Of a DNA stretch of 64,000 bases, positions 8,971-19,056 are shown piece by piece; the first letter of the stretch is position 1, and every line of letters begins with the position of its first letter. A program made the position numbers and the translations under genes. The notes below the pieces were generated by a model that saw only the letters and a list, made by a program, of their open reading frames with translations, did no database searches and was not told the origin of the DNA. The stretch is from a virus, in the IMG/VR virus record IMGVR_UViG_3300038465_000055, positions 10,738 to 74,737 of that record. The stretch is one strand, 5' to 3'.

Positions 8971-11373
8971 TTATTGCCTCGTGGCAACATCTAACTGCAT
9001 GACCCCGACACCTCCATTGTATCCAGTGCCAAAATTATTAGCATTTTCTTCTGTGGCTGAAACAAAGTGAAACCCAGAGACCGCTGGATAGTTGGCAATT
9101 GAGATTGGGCTCGCAAAAAAAGAATTTGCAGTAGCCGTTTCCATCAGAGCACGAGCATCAAAACAAGTCGTTCCGTCAAGGCATGTACCTGTGACAGAAC
9201 CAGACCCCGCCGAAGCGGATGTAAATGCCTGCACCTGATAGCTTGCCGTAAAACCATTCAGGGGAAGTCCAACGACAAACGATGCCCTGTTATTGACTGA
9301 GTTGTCGGCCGCACGGACCGCGCTCGCTCCGGATTGCAACCATACACTCACAGTGTCGGTGACCGTCGTTTTGACGTCGACTTGGTTGTACATATTCCAG
9401 ACACCGAACATCGCAGCGCCGCCACCGCCTGCAGCGCTACCCCAAACATAACTTATCGAACCATTTGCAATGGCATACACGGTGCCGAGATACGTGGCTT
9501 GGTTCGCAGCGACCGAACCATAGTTCGTCGATCCGTTGAAGCAATTCGCCAGCGCATTCTTGTTTGTTGGATATGGCCGCGTGATCTGATCGATGACGGT
9601 GTAGCCGGTGCCGCGCGACGTATTCGATCCTCCGGTATCGGCCGCCCAGCCGCCGCCGCCGCCGCCAGCAGTTGACATCGCCAAGCAAATCCTGTTGGCG
9701 CCACCATGCACCCACCAAACGTCATAGACCTGAGATCCGACGACCTGACCTGCGCTCGCCGCTGCGACCATCGCATCGATAACCTCGCATGAGGCGACCG
9801 TGTCGATCAGATCAAGCGTGCCATTGAAATACGGGACTCCGCCGCCCACCGCGCAATCATATCGCAGCGTCGTCTGGTTCGCGCACGACGACCCGCCGCA
9901 AGACGTTGCGAGCATGACCGGGGTATTAGCGGCCAGCGTGATGCGACCCTGCGGCGCGATGACGGCGCCCGCAACCGTGCATGTTCCGGTGCTTGTAATG
10001 CTGCACGTTCCAGAGACAGCTATTCCAGATCCCGCCGCGATAATAACGTTGGTCACCGTTCCAGTGCCGCCCGCCGTCAGCCAAGCCGGCACGCCGGTCG
10101 GCCCTTCGGAAAATACCTGCGTGCCGCTATTGTTACCGGCCAGCGTCGTCCAGATGGTGCCGTTCCAGAAAGCGAAGTCGCCAACTCGAGTCGGAACAGG
10201 CATCAATGCCGTGATCGCAGCCGGCGCCCCGCTCTGACCCGTACCGCCATTTGCGATCGGCGCAATACCCGTCACGCCTCCGTTGCCGCTGGCGCCTAGA
10301 TTTATCGCCGACAGCCACGAACCCGAGATCGTCCCAGAGTTGATGGCCGAGCCCGCGATCGATGGCGTACCGCCGAGCGCATAAGTTCCGGTGATCGTGC
10401 CTGTGATCGCCGGCCCGGTGCCAAACGTGACAGTCGAATTGAATATAGCGCCGCCTGTGACAGCCAGAAAAAAACCGCCGATGGTCGCGCCGCCCAAAGC
10501 CAGCGACGTTCCCGCTGCCACACCGAGCGACGGCGTCGTCAAGGCCATATTGGTGGCGGCGATCCCGCTGGGTAGCGTTGCGGAGAATGACGGAACGTTC
10601 GATCCGTTCGTCACCAACACCGAATTAGCAGCGAGCGCTGCCGCCGTCATGGTTCCACCGTTCGTCGAATTGTACGGAACGCCAGTGCCGCCGCTTATGG
10701 TCGTGGTTCCATAGGTGATGCCGGTAGCTGGCGCCACGATCGAGCACGTGCTTCCGAGGGCGCATGGGATGCCGTTCACGGTCGTGAGGGCAACCGCTCC
10801 ATTCACATAGTAGTTTCCGCTGACATTGATGGTGCCCGCGCCGGTCAGCGTTCCCATCGTCGTGCCGACCGTTACGCTGCCGTCTTGCTCGACCCCAAAC
10901 CTGTCCGTCAACGTCGCGCTGCCATTCGGCGTAACGCCAAAGCGCAAATAGGTTCCATTCTGGCCCACGCTCCAATTCTGTGCCGCGTAGGTTCTGATCG
11001 CCGCCTGCGGGCCGACCACTCCGGTTCCGTTATAGCCGAACGCATTCAACGAACAGACTTCATCCGCGGACTGCAACGTTGTCGGCGCCGCTTCCGTGCC
11101 ATCCCAGCGCACGCAACTATAGCGCGGTACGCTAGCGTAGGCGTCCAGCTCCGTCCTTACCGTCGTTCCAGCAGCTCCGACAATCTGCAAACCGCTGCCA
11201 GCCAAAAAAGCCGGCGTCGTCTGCGAGGCGTTTAGATTGATGATCTGGGGAGAAAGAAACGTGTTGATCGCGGTCGTGAATGCGCAGTTGACGCACGAAG
11301 GCGGACTTGGCTGCGCCGCTGCACCGACAACAGAAACAGCCAGAGCGAATAGTGCCGCGATAAAACTGCGCAT
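8971..11373 (-). CDS. Gly/Thr/Ala-rich fibre-like protein with Sec-type signal peptide
   Basis: MRSFIAALFALAVSVVGAAA-Q; fibre-type PIANGGTG motif; many close Cys pairs; follows the tail-fibre genes. Confidence 0.75.
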   Translation of the reverse strand: MRSFIAALFALAVSVVGAAAQPSPPSCVNCAFTTAINTFLSPQIINLNASQTTPAFLAGSGLQIVGAAGTTVRTELDAYASVPRYSCVRWDGTEAAPTTLQSADEVCSLNAFGYNGTGVVGPQAAIRTYAAQNWSVGQNGTYLRFGVTPNGSATLTDRFGVEQDGSVTVGTTMGTLTGAGTINVSGNYYVNGAVALTTVNGIPCALGSTCSIVAPATGITYGTTTISGGTGVPYNSTNGGTMTAAALAANSVLVTNGSNVPSFSATLPSGIAATNMALTTPSLGVAAGTSLALGGATIGGFFLAVTGGAIFNSTVTFGTGPAITGTITGTYALGGTPSIAGSAINSGTISGSWLSAINLGASGNGGVTGIAPIANGGTGQSGAPAAITALMPVPTRVGDFAFWNGTIWTTLAGNNSGTQVFSEGPTGVPAWLTAGGTGTVTNVIIAAGSGIAVSGTCSITSTGTCTVAGAVIAPQGRITLAANTPVMLATSCGGSSCANQTTLRYDCAVGGGVPYFNGTLDLIDTVASCEVIDAMVAAASAGQVVGSQVYDVWWVHGGANRICLAMSTAGGGGGGWAADTGGSNTSRGTGYTVIDQITRPYPTNKNALANCFNGSTNYGSVAANQATYLGTVYAIANGSISYVWGSAAGGGGAAMFGVWNMYNQVDVKTTVTDTVSVWLQSGASAVRAADNSVNNRASFVVGLPLNGFTASYQVQAFTSASAGSGSVTGTCLDGTTCFDARALMETATANSFFASPISIANYPAVSGFHFVSATEENANNFGTGYNGGVGVMQLDVATRQ

Positions 11374-11384
11374 GTGATCTCTCT

Positions 11385-11693
11385 TCAAAACCAAACGACA
11401 GAAAATTTGTGACCGTTGGAAGCTGCGTTGACCGAGGTTATCGACGTTTGACCGGGAATGATGGGCCAACTCGCGCCGGGGTATAGCACGAAGGTTGTCC
11501 CGTTCCCCACCAAACCCGCCGGATTTACCGGATCGACATACAGATTTTCCGGCGCCCCGAGCCCCTGATCCGTTGCCGATATCGGATTGGTTATGAATCC
11601 GCCATTCGGGGCGCCGGGAATAACCTCGACGGGCGTCCCACCGTTTGTAACCACCGAGGTGAGACCCGGTACCGGGGTGACTGCAACGGTCAT
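11385..11693 (-). CDS. Small beta-rich structural protein, paralogous to the N-terminal domain of 13902-14879
   Basis: Shared GG(F/I)IxNPxxAxDQG...VNAAxxGHKFS. Confidence 0.75.
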   Translation of the reverse strand: MTVAVTPVPGLTSVVTNGGTPVEVIPGAPNGGFITNPISATDQGLGAPENLYVDPVNPAGLVGNGTTFVLYPGASWPIIPGQTSITSVNAASNGHKFSVVWF

Positions 11694-11695
11694 TT

Positions 11696-12541
11696 TTAAG
11701 ATACCCCTGTGAATGGCGGAATTTTCCAAGCGTCGATGTTTGATTCCGTCAAGTCCTCAATATCACTTTGGACCCCAGCGGCCCAGCGCGTAACCGCGTC
11801 CATCCCCGCCTTGCTCTGCTTTTGCTGGTTAAGAAATTCGGTATCGGCCGCCGGCCGCTGCGCAGCCTGAAAGACCACCTGATCAGCGACAGATGCTTGC
11901 AGTGGCGCAACGCTGTCTGTGATTACTTTTATTTTTGCCTGCGCCGCAGCGCGATCCGCGTCTGTCTTGGCCGCCAACATTTGAACCGTTAGATCCTGCA
12001 ATGGAAGTTGGGCCGTCCTGATTTCCACCATGACAGCTTGCAATCTCTGGCTATCGGATAAAGCAATATCCCCCTCTCGAATCGTGAGCGCGCGACGTTT
12101 CCCCGGAGGTGGCGCAATCTTTTCCATCTCCTGCTGTTCCATGGCCGTTACGGAATTCAGAAGAACGTTCTTCTTCGATCTTAGGATCTGATCAGCCGTG
12201 GGATCGTCGTTCACGACTTCATAGTCAGAGATATATTTTCCATCCTTGCCGAGAACGATGGACGCCTCGACATCCTGGGAGCCGATCGGACGTTTTACCG
12301 GGGCATGACGCGATAGTTTTTCCTCCTGCCATTTGGCTACAGCATGGCTCAAATCGTTAGAGGCTGTCTTACTGCTCTTGAATTCCGCCCATGTCGGGCA
12401 AGGCTTGACCGGGCCGAGCGCCTTGAGTTCATCCGCCACGATCTTGTTTCGCTCCGCCCACAGATTCATTTCATCGACATGGAGCTTGACGGTGTCGTCG
12501 AATCCTTCCGGCAATCTTGACTTCAAAATCTGATGCGTCAC
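11696..12541 (-). CDS. Hypothetical protein (tail-fibre assembly position)
   Basis: Long helical ORF directly after the tail fibre. Confidence 0.7.
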   Translation of the reverse strand: MTHQILKSRLPEGFDDTVKLHVDEMNLWAERNKIVADELKALGPVKPCPTWAEFKSSKTASNDLSHAVAKWQEEKLSRHAPVKRPIGSQDVEASIVLGKDGKYISDYEVVNDDPTADQILRSKKNVLLNSVTAMEQQEMEKIAPPPGKRRALTIREGDIALSDSQRLQAVMVEIRTAQLPLQDLTVQMLAAKTDADRAAAQAKIKVITDSVAPLQASVADQVVFQAAQRPAADTEFLNQQKQSKAGMDAVTRWAAGVQSDIEDLTESNIDAWKIPPFTGVS

Positions 12542-12556
12542 GACGACATTCCTTTT

Positions 12557-13879
12557 TCAAAGTTTGAGATACCACGTTCCGCTCATCGCTAGATGGACAG
12601 TGTTGTGGGCGCCGCCGCCGGTGTTGTACGAAAGAACCGACTGACCGCTGGTAGCCCCCGATCCCGATCCGGAAACTGCAATCTGAACCGGAGACGGAGA
12701 ACCAATCTGTAGGATTGGAGATGGGCCACCTTCGAGGTTAACGTTGTACACCGATCCAGTAATGATATCCGTGTAGTTTGATACGCCAGTGATGCTGACG
12801 CTGACGGACAATGCTCCTCCGCTCGAATCGATCTGCGGAATCTCGGTCGGAGTCAGCGTATGCAGGTTTTGTCCAAGAATAGATCCCGGTATAGTCGCGC
12901 TCCCCGAGCTGAATGGTACACCGCTCAACAACGTCGTGGCAGGGCCGCCCATCGTGTCGACGCCGATCGGGCTCTTGCCTCGCATGTCGAGCGTCGTGAT
13001 CGCGCAGTTTGCCGCAAAGTCCGCCGCTGCATTGACGCCTCTAGCGACAAGAGCGCCAGCGCTGTTACGAAGCGGACATTGCACGTTCGAAAATTCGTTC
13101 CAGTGCCATTCGAACAAATTGATCGTGGTTGGATCAGCAAACCCTGTGGCATTCGACGCCGCATTGCCTATCGTCAGTGTATTGGCGGTAACCCAACCCG
13201 ATATCGTTTCCGACGTCGGACGCCACTTGAAATCGCCAGTGGTAGCTATGCCAGCGCTGGACTGAGATTCCTGAGATGCACTGATGAGCTGATAAGGGCC
13301 GCTCCCGGGATCGTAAATCGTGAAGGCGCCCGCAGCCACAATAGCGCCCGTACCAAGAGCGCTGCCGTTGGGATTTACGATCGCGAAGCTTCCGGCGCCT
13401 AGATTGAGCGTCGATGGTCCAGTGTTGCTTGTGGCAGCAAGGATATCGATCACCATGCCTTGCTGGCGCGTGGTGACTGCCGGGCTCAAAACGACAGCGT
13501 AGGCGTTGACTGTTCCGGTATCCTGCGCTGATGTCGCGCTTCCAGATTGGGCCTGCACGATCTGCATCATGAGGGCCATCGTTCCAGCGGTCGGTCCCAT
13601 CTGGAAGATATCGCCAGCATTCCATGCCAGCGCAACGGTGCCTTCCTGACCGCGCAGGATCGTGAAGGTATCCGCAGCCGTCGCGGTCACCCACACCACC
13701 TCGGTGATCAAACTGTTGCCAGCCGCGACAAGAGTGCCGATGAAAAATTTATTACCAGCGATCACCGGAAAATTTGAGCCCTCGCCTGCAACCAAGGTCA
13801 GACTTGTCGCCGCCGCAGTGATCGGACTCGCCAGCGTGCCAGTCGCGTTATCCTTGAACAGCATCAGCGGAAAAGTCAT
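12557..13879 (-). CDS. Tail fibre protein with collar-like domain
   Basis: N-terminal baseplate-attachment region (RGQEGT); LDMRGKSPIG...HTLTPTEIP...GGAHNT. Confidence 0.8.
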   Translation of the reverse strand: MTFPLMLFKDNATGTLASPITAAATSLTLVAGEGSNFPVIAGNKFFIGTLVAAGNSLITEVVWVTATAADTFTILRGQEGTVALAWNAGDIFQMGPTAGTMALMMQIVQAQSGSATSAQDTGTVNAYAVVLSPAVTTRQQGMVIDILAATSNTGPSTLNLGAGSFAIVNPNGSALGTGAIVAAGAFTIYDPGSGPYQLISASQESQSSAGIATTGDFKWRPTSETISGWVTANTLTIGNAASNATGFADPTTINLFEWHWNEFSNVQCPLRNSAGALVARGVNAAADFAANCAITTLDMRGKSPIGVDTMGGPATTLLSGVPFSSGSATIPGSILGQNLHTLTPTEIPQIDSSGGALSVSVSITGVSNYTDIITGSVYNVNLEGGPSPILQIGSPSPVQIAVSGSGSGATSGQSVLSYNTGGGAHNTVHLAMSGTWYLKL

Positions 13880-13901
13880 GACGCGAGCCCCTAGCTATTA
13901 T

Positions 13902-14879
13902 TTATGATGACGCGATCGAAACATTGAATGTGTACTGAAACGGCAGCTCCACGGCACCCGACTGAATCGCCTCTTGCAGAATAACCGAATTTGGAGTTAG
14001 CGGCAGGATGATATCGATCACGAACCTCGACGGATAGCTCACGCTGACCGAATAGGTATTGTCTATGACTGGATCTGTCCCGTTTGGCCCATTCAGGAAT
14101 CGCAAGATGCGCCGCTTTAGCCACTGAGGATTGAACGTCTGGCCGTCCCCGCGATAGAGCCGCCACGTCATGATTCGCTTGAATATATCGTCTGAGGTCA
14201 CCGTGACGTTGTCGGCGCCGATTGCCTTGTAGCCGTTCCATACAAGCTGGTTATAGAGCGCCGTGTTGTAAGGTCCAAGATTTTGATTGAGCCCCGACGA
14301 AAGAGTCGGCCGAAGCATCCCGTAAAGACCGTCAGCTACCCAATCGAGCAACGTTCCAGCAATCAAAGAAGAGGTATAGATCGGAAGATTTATCTGGTTG
14401 AACCAATCCACGAATTGCTGCGCATAGGAATTGTACGACGCGAACATAGCTTGCAGATCTGCGTCGTCCGCATACTCCTGATAGAGATACGCCTTTATGA
14501 CATTGACTAGACCGGTTGGCCCCGAGGGAGGAAACGTCGCGCCAGTCGATACCAGAGAAACTAACGGCTGAATGATGATAGCGCTGAATTTGTGCCCGAC
14601 CGTCGCCGCGTTGACATTTAGGTTCGTCGCCAAACCGGGCGGCACTTGGATGGACTGCCCCGGCGCCAGCCTGAACGTCGTCGGAGATTCGACGAGAGAT
14701 GCTGGATTGATGAAATCATAGAACAGTGTTTCAGGAATCGGGATTCCCTGATCCCGCGCCGCCGCCGGATTGGCGATGATGCCACCTTGTACGCCGCCAA
14801 AAATCGCAACCTGCGAAACACCACCGATAGCGATGGATGTCGATGCCGCTTTGAAAACTGAAACCGGAGCAGCGCCCAT
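13902..14879 (-). CDS. Baseplate wedge protein (gpI-equivalent) with an extra N-terminal domain
   Basis: YLYQEYADD...LLDWVA...DDIFKRIMTW...WLKRRI; follows the baseplate J-like gene. Confidence 0.75.
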   Translation of the reverse strand: MGAAPVSVFKAASTSIAIGGVSQVAIFGGVQGGIIANPAAARDQGIPIPETLFYDFINPASLVESPTTFRLAPGQSIQVPPGLATNLNVNAATVGHKFSAIIIQPLVSLVSTGATFPPSGPTGLVNVIKAYLYQEYADDADLQAMFASYNSYAQQFVDWFNQINLPIYTSSLIAGTLLDWVADGLYGMLRPTLSSGLNQNLGPYNTALYNQLVWNGYKAIGADNVTVTSDDIFKRIMTWRLYRGDGQTFNPQWLKRRILRFLNGPNGTDPVIDNTYSVSVSYPSRFVIDIILPLTPNSVILQEAIQSGAVELPFQYTFNVSIASS

Positions 14880-14884
14880 ATATG

Positions 14885-16330
14885 CTACCCCTGCGCAATC
14901 GAGATCGCCGCAGCGCTAGTCGAGAAATAGCTTTCCTGATCGCCCGCGACGATCCCCGTGCCGGCCTGCGGTGGCGTGCTGATCCCGTTGATTGAAACCG
15001 TGGGGATGACGCGCGTGAGATATGCCGGATTTAGCACCGTGACGATCGCAGCCTGAAATGCCGCGATCAGCTCGAATTCGTTGATCGGCTGTCCTACCGT
15101 GATCCCATTGATGTATGCAGCCACCGCTGGCGCCCCGAGCTGCGCAATCGATGCCGTGTTTACGAAATTAACCTGAGTCGTATTCCAGATGATGCTGACC
15201 GTCACCGTCTGCTGCGGCGGCGTGACATAGGTTACGTTGTAGATATCCGGGAAATTATTGATGGAAACCGAGATATTGCGGGCATTCGGCGTGGCAACTC
15301 CGCCGCTTACGTAAGGAGAAAATCCCGTCGAGTTTATGCTGATCGTGAAATTCTTTTCATCTATCACCGCAACGACCGTCGTCGGGATGCCGTTGATCTG
15401 CACCATGCCGAGAACGCCGTTCAGCTCGACCGGATTTCCTGCGACGTATCCGTGATTAAGCGTGGTCGTCACTTGCGCATTTGCAGCTTGTGTAATGTTC
15501 GACACCGTCATCGACGAGCCGATCAATCCGGTGATGTCGACACCCGAATTCAGGATGGCATTGGCGACAAGATTTGGATCGCCTCCGCCAACGATGATTT
15601 CCCAGCCTCCATTGTTCGGCGCCTGAAGGATAGAAACGAGCTGCGATTGCACGCCGGATATTTGCTCCAACGCCGTTCGCAAGGTCGTCTGAAAACCGGT
15701 GCCTGCGGAAAGAAAACCCTGCTGCACGCGCGCGCGATACGATGCCGCCGTCTCACCTGTGGTCGAAGGAATTCCTGCAAGCGGATTGTTCACCGTCAAC
15801 GTCACGTCGTCGGGCACCGATGTCACGAGCTGCTGCACCGTGCCGGGAGGTACCGCCCACGATCCCACCACCGAGGCCAGAGCAAAAAGCGGCGCTGTCG
15901 TGCCGTTGCCAGATCCATTGTTTGCCCCGATGATTCCTCCGTCTGTGATCGTGTATTGATAAGTGCCATCGCTGACGATGAATCCGATCCCGATAACGAA
16001 TCCCGGCGTTCCGGTGAACACAACGAAAACGCTGGTATTGCTGGCACCTCCGATCTGGATTCCTGTCTGCTGTCCCTGCTGCACAAGCAGGAATTCATTG
16101 GCGCCAAGCGCGGTGAGCGAGTTGATAAGATCGACGCGAAATTGGTCGCATTCCAGAATCGCGAAGGTATCGGTTTGGTTGACGTCGGAAATAAGAGAGG
16201 CCGGCAGCCGTCCAGTGTAGCCCGGCGCCGCCGCAGCGATCGCGGCAATGAGACTATCCAGCACCGCTTGAGGCTGTAGCGGCGTGAGTCCGGCAGCCGT
16301 CACCACAGTCGGAAGATCGGTGGCACTCAT
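14885..16330 (-). CDS. Baseplate J-like protein with inserted FCCH-like beta domain
   Basis: VFTGTPGFVI...NPLAG...ETAASYRAR; position in operon. Confidence 0.85.
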   Translation of the reverse strand: MSATDLPTVVTAAGLTPLQPQAVLDSLIAAIAAAAPGYTGRLPASLISDVNQTDTFAILECDQFRVDLINSLTALGANEFLLVQQGQQTGIQIGGASNTSVFVVFTGTPGFVIGIGFIVSDGTYQYTITDGGIIGANNGSGNGTTAPLFALASVVGSWAVPPGTVQQLVTSVPDDVTLTVNNPLAGIPSTTGETAASYRARVQQGFLSAGTGFQTTLRTALEQISGVQSQLVSILQAPNNGGWEIIVGGGDPNLVANAILNSGVDITGLIGSSMTVSNITQAANAQVTTTLNHGYVAGNPVELNGVLGMVQINGIPTTVVAVIDEKNFTISINSTGFSPYVSGGVATPNARNISVSINNFPDIYNVTYVTPPQQTVTVSIIWNTTQVNFVNTASIAQLGAPAVAAYINGITVGQPINEFELIAAFQAAIVTVLNPAYLTRVIPTVSINGISTPPQAGTGIVAGDQESYFSTSAAAISIAQG

Positions 16331-16695
16331 CCCGGAACCCCTACATTGATCGTCGGTATCACCGCGCCTGTCTTGGTGACGATGTTAACGTTATAGGTCG
16401 GATTGCCATCCTCGTCGGCCGGGCCGGGCGCGATCGATAGATTGGCAAAATATGGAGCGAACTGCTGCTGCGTGATGGTCGATTGGTAATCCGGATGCGT
16501 CTGCGTGATCACCGAGTTCATCGCGTTGATACCATAATTGGCGTTGTACGGAGCCTCATTGAGATTGAGTTTCAACACCTGAATCAGCGTCGTTACCCAA
16601 ACCCAAGTGTCATCGCCGGTCACCGGATCAGTCGCGACCTCAACCCAGATCGTCGGATTTCCGTTTTCATCCTTGATGCGGCCGAACGTGCGCAT
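16327..16695 (-). CDS. Baseplate wedge initiator (gp25/W-like)
   Basis: LKLNLNEAPYNANYGI; lies between spike and J. Confidence 0.7.
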   Translation of the reverse strand: MRTFGRIKDENGNPTIWVEVATDPVTGDDTWVWVTTLIQVLKLNLNEAPYNANYGINAMNSVITQTHPDYQSTITQQQFAPYFANLSIAPGPADEDGNPTYNVNIVTKTGAVIPTINVGVPG

Positions 16696-16735
16696 CAGGC
16701 AGACCTCGCGATTTCACTGGCTTGGGTAAGGTTGG

Positions 16736-17383
16736 TCATACCGGCGGCCCCGTGTCGCCGCTGCCAGTCTGGACGCCGCTGTGAATGTGAGCGCTCAATA
16801 TCTTGCCTTCCGAATTTATGGTTCCGGTCGTCGTGATGTTGGCGCTACCGAAATCGATAAGGCCGTCCGTGATCTTGATGGTTGTGGCGCCCACGGTGAT
16901 GTCGACTTCCGTTTCTGATCCGACGATCTTGACGTTACCGTTCTGCGATCGAGCGATAAACCCTTCCGGCCCGTAAATCTCGTATTTGTTCGGATCGGTC
17001 GGCGCTGTGAATCCCTTGTTACCCAGAGGGGCAAATACAAGAGCCCCAAGATTGGCTGGTTGAGCGAGCGTAGCCGTTCCGCCGCCGAGCCCGGTAATCC
17101 CACCTAGTCTGGCGTCCGCCGGTTTTACCCAGCCCTTGCAGCCAACCTGAATCGGAACGCGCGCATATTCCGAGCCCTCTACCGGCACCGTCACAGTGGT
17201 GAACGTCGCCGTCTGTCCCGGTGTCTGGATCTGAAAGCTGACGGTAACGACCGATCCCATCACCGCGGTCACCGAGCACGGCAGCGCATAGCCTGATCGA
17301 ACAAGTGCACCGTGTATTTTCTTTTCCGTGAATTGATTGATGTAGCGCTGGAACGGACTGCGCTGAGAGTCGCCGCTGCTCAT
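16736..17383 (-). CDS. Baseplate central spike (Gp138/gpV-like)
   Basis: OB-fold-like start; C-terminal HIHSGVQTGSGDTGPP iron-binding tip motif. Confidence 0.9.
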   Translation of the reverse strand: MSSGDSQRSPFQRYINQFTEKKIHGALVRSGYALPCSVTAVMGSVVTVSFQIQTPGQTATFTTVTVPVEGSEYARVPIQVGCKGWVKPADARLGGITGLGGGTATLAQPANLGALVFAPLGNKGFTAPTDPNKYEIYGPEGFIARSQNGNVKIVGSETEVDITVGATTIKITDGLIDFGSANITTTGTINSEGKILSAHIHSGVQTGSGDTGPPV

Positions 17384-18450
17384 GACGTCGATGCTCCCGT
17401 GTTCGCAGACTGCTGCGTCGGATAAGCATCGAACACGGTAACCCACGCGCCTGCGTCGGACTGTCTGAAATTTCCGATATGCCGCATCGACTGGATGAAG
17501 AACGAACCTTGAAACGCCACTTTCTGATTAACGAGGAAACCTTGCGCCTGCGCGCTGTTAGTCACCAACGTCTGCGGCATCTTCACAGACTGACCGACTT
17601 TAAGATCAGCGCGCATCGCGCATTTGAAATTGATCAGCGGCGCGTTCTGCCAAGAGGGCTGGCCTATCAGATCAACGAAATTGATTTGCGCGGAGTTGCC
17701 ACCGGGAGTTGTCGTGCTTCCAGCCTGCGAAGGAAATGTCGCCGCCGAAGATCCTGACGTCGACGGCGATGACGATCCTGATCCTCCCATGCCGTCGAAA
17801 ACGTTGAACGTTTTCTGAAACGGAACGATGCTCACTCCGGGATAGTTGGTGCCTCCGATGATTGCCTTGCTCGTCTCATTCGCCCATTGGGCAAACGAAG
17901 TGAGATCCGGATAGTGACCATACTGGCTTTCAGGAAAAACCAGAATCGAGCTTATGTTGCTGTTCACCGAGAAGTCTGGATAGGCTGTCGTCAACGCGCT
18001 CTTGATCGCGGTACCCATCGTTTGACCCTGAGGCCAAACCAGAGAAAGGTTTTTTGGATTAGGCGTTCCGCCGGTGATCGAGCTATTGCCTGTTGGGGCG
18101 TCGCCTGCGCGAATAATTAATGCCAGCCATTGATCAGTGTCGATCCAGTTGCCGAATGCATTGAGAATGTAACCCTGTGCCAAGAGGCCAGCCTGCGCAG
18201 GATTGGCCAGCGGAAGACCCTTCGCAAATCCTCCATAGACGCTGATGCTCTTGTTGATCAGGTTGTTCGCCTGACTGAGAGTCGAAAGCGGAACGCCCCA
18301 TATTTTTACCAGCGCGTCGCCAAAGGGAAGATGGGCAGACACAACCGGAAGATCAATCTCAACCTGCAAGGCATTCGGATTGGTCGAGCCATCACCGTTG
18401 AGGCTCGTATAGGTGGCGCCGCCGCCGATCTGGATTGAGTAATAGCGCAT
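17380..18450 (-). CDS. Baseplate hub protein
   Basis: Position; DLIGQP...MRADL...RHIGNFR. Confidence 0.75.
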   Translation of the reverse strand: MRYYSIQIGGGATYTSLNGDGSTNPNALQVEIDLPVVSAHLPFGDALVKIWGVPLSTLSQANNLINKSISVYGGFAKGLPLANPAQAGLLAQGYILNAFGNWIDTDQWLALIIRAGDAPTGNSSITGGTPNPKNLSLVWPQGQTMGTAIKSALTTAYPDFSVNSNISSILVFPESQYGHYPDLTSFAQWANETSKAIIGGTNYPGVSIVPFQKTFNVFDGMGGSGSSSPSTSGSSAATFPSQAGSTTTPGGNSAQINFVDLIGQPSWQNAPLINFKCAMRADLKVGQSVKMPQTLVTNSAQAQGFLVNQKVAFQGSFFIQSMRHIGNFRQSDAGAWVTVFDAYPTQQSANTGASTS

Positions 18451-18453
18451 CGG

Positions 18454-19056
18454 TCAACCCTTCCATCGACGAAGGGCCGCCTCACTCATTCGTTTCCGAG
18501 TTTCCTCAGACCTCTTTCGGCCGACATTGATCGTGTTGCCTTTTTTGAAACAATTGTTCTCCGTCCTCGGTAGGGTATTGCCCACTCCTCCTCCTCCGCC
18601 GATCCTATTTGGCACCAATTCTCCAGATAGAAGCCTGCGAGTCATACGCTCGCTCAATACCCTCCTCGCTTCTGGGGAAGCGAATTGAGCCTTTGCTTTT
18701 CGACTAAGCTTGGCTCGAGTCTGCTCAGAAAAATTATGAGCACCACCACCGCCATCTGACCTATTCCAAAGCGGCCCCTTTAATTTGTCAGCACGACCTA
18801 TCTCATCGATCAAGCGGCGCTCGTTTTCGTAAGCCTCCTCTCTTGTGAGCCCACAAATTATCTTCTTGGGAACCACAGAAAGACCGCAGCCGATCGCATG
18901 AAGGATGCCAAGATTTTTTGAAGGGCTAATATTTTTCGCAAGCTCCCTAGCCGCATTTCTTATGTGCATGTTCATGCGGTATCCGCTTCCCATTCCGATA
19001 TATCTTGGGATGGGATCATCACCGACAAATAGGCCATAGACATAGAACTTGTTCAT
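18454..19056 (-). CDS. Free-standing GIY-YIG homing endonuclease with NUMOD3-like tail
   Basis: FYVYGL...RYIGMG...R...E...LWNRSDGG; GRKRSEETRKRMSEA; visibly more AT-rich than its flanks. Confidence 0.85.
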   Translation of the reverse strand: MNKFYVYGLFVGDDPIPRYIGMGSGYRMNMHIRNAARELAKNISPSKNLGILHAIGCGLSVVPKKIICGLTREEAYENERRLIDEIGRADKLKGPLWNRSDGGGGAHNFSEQTRAKLSRKAKAQFASPEARRVLSERMTRRLLSGELVPNRIGGGGGVGNTLPRTENNCFKKGNTINVGRKRSEETRKRMSEAALRRWKG

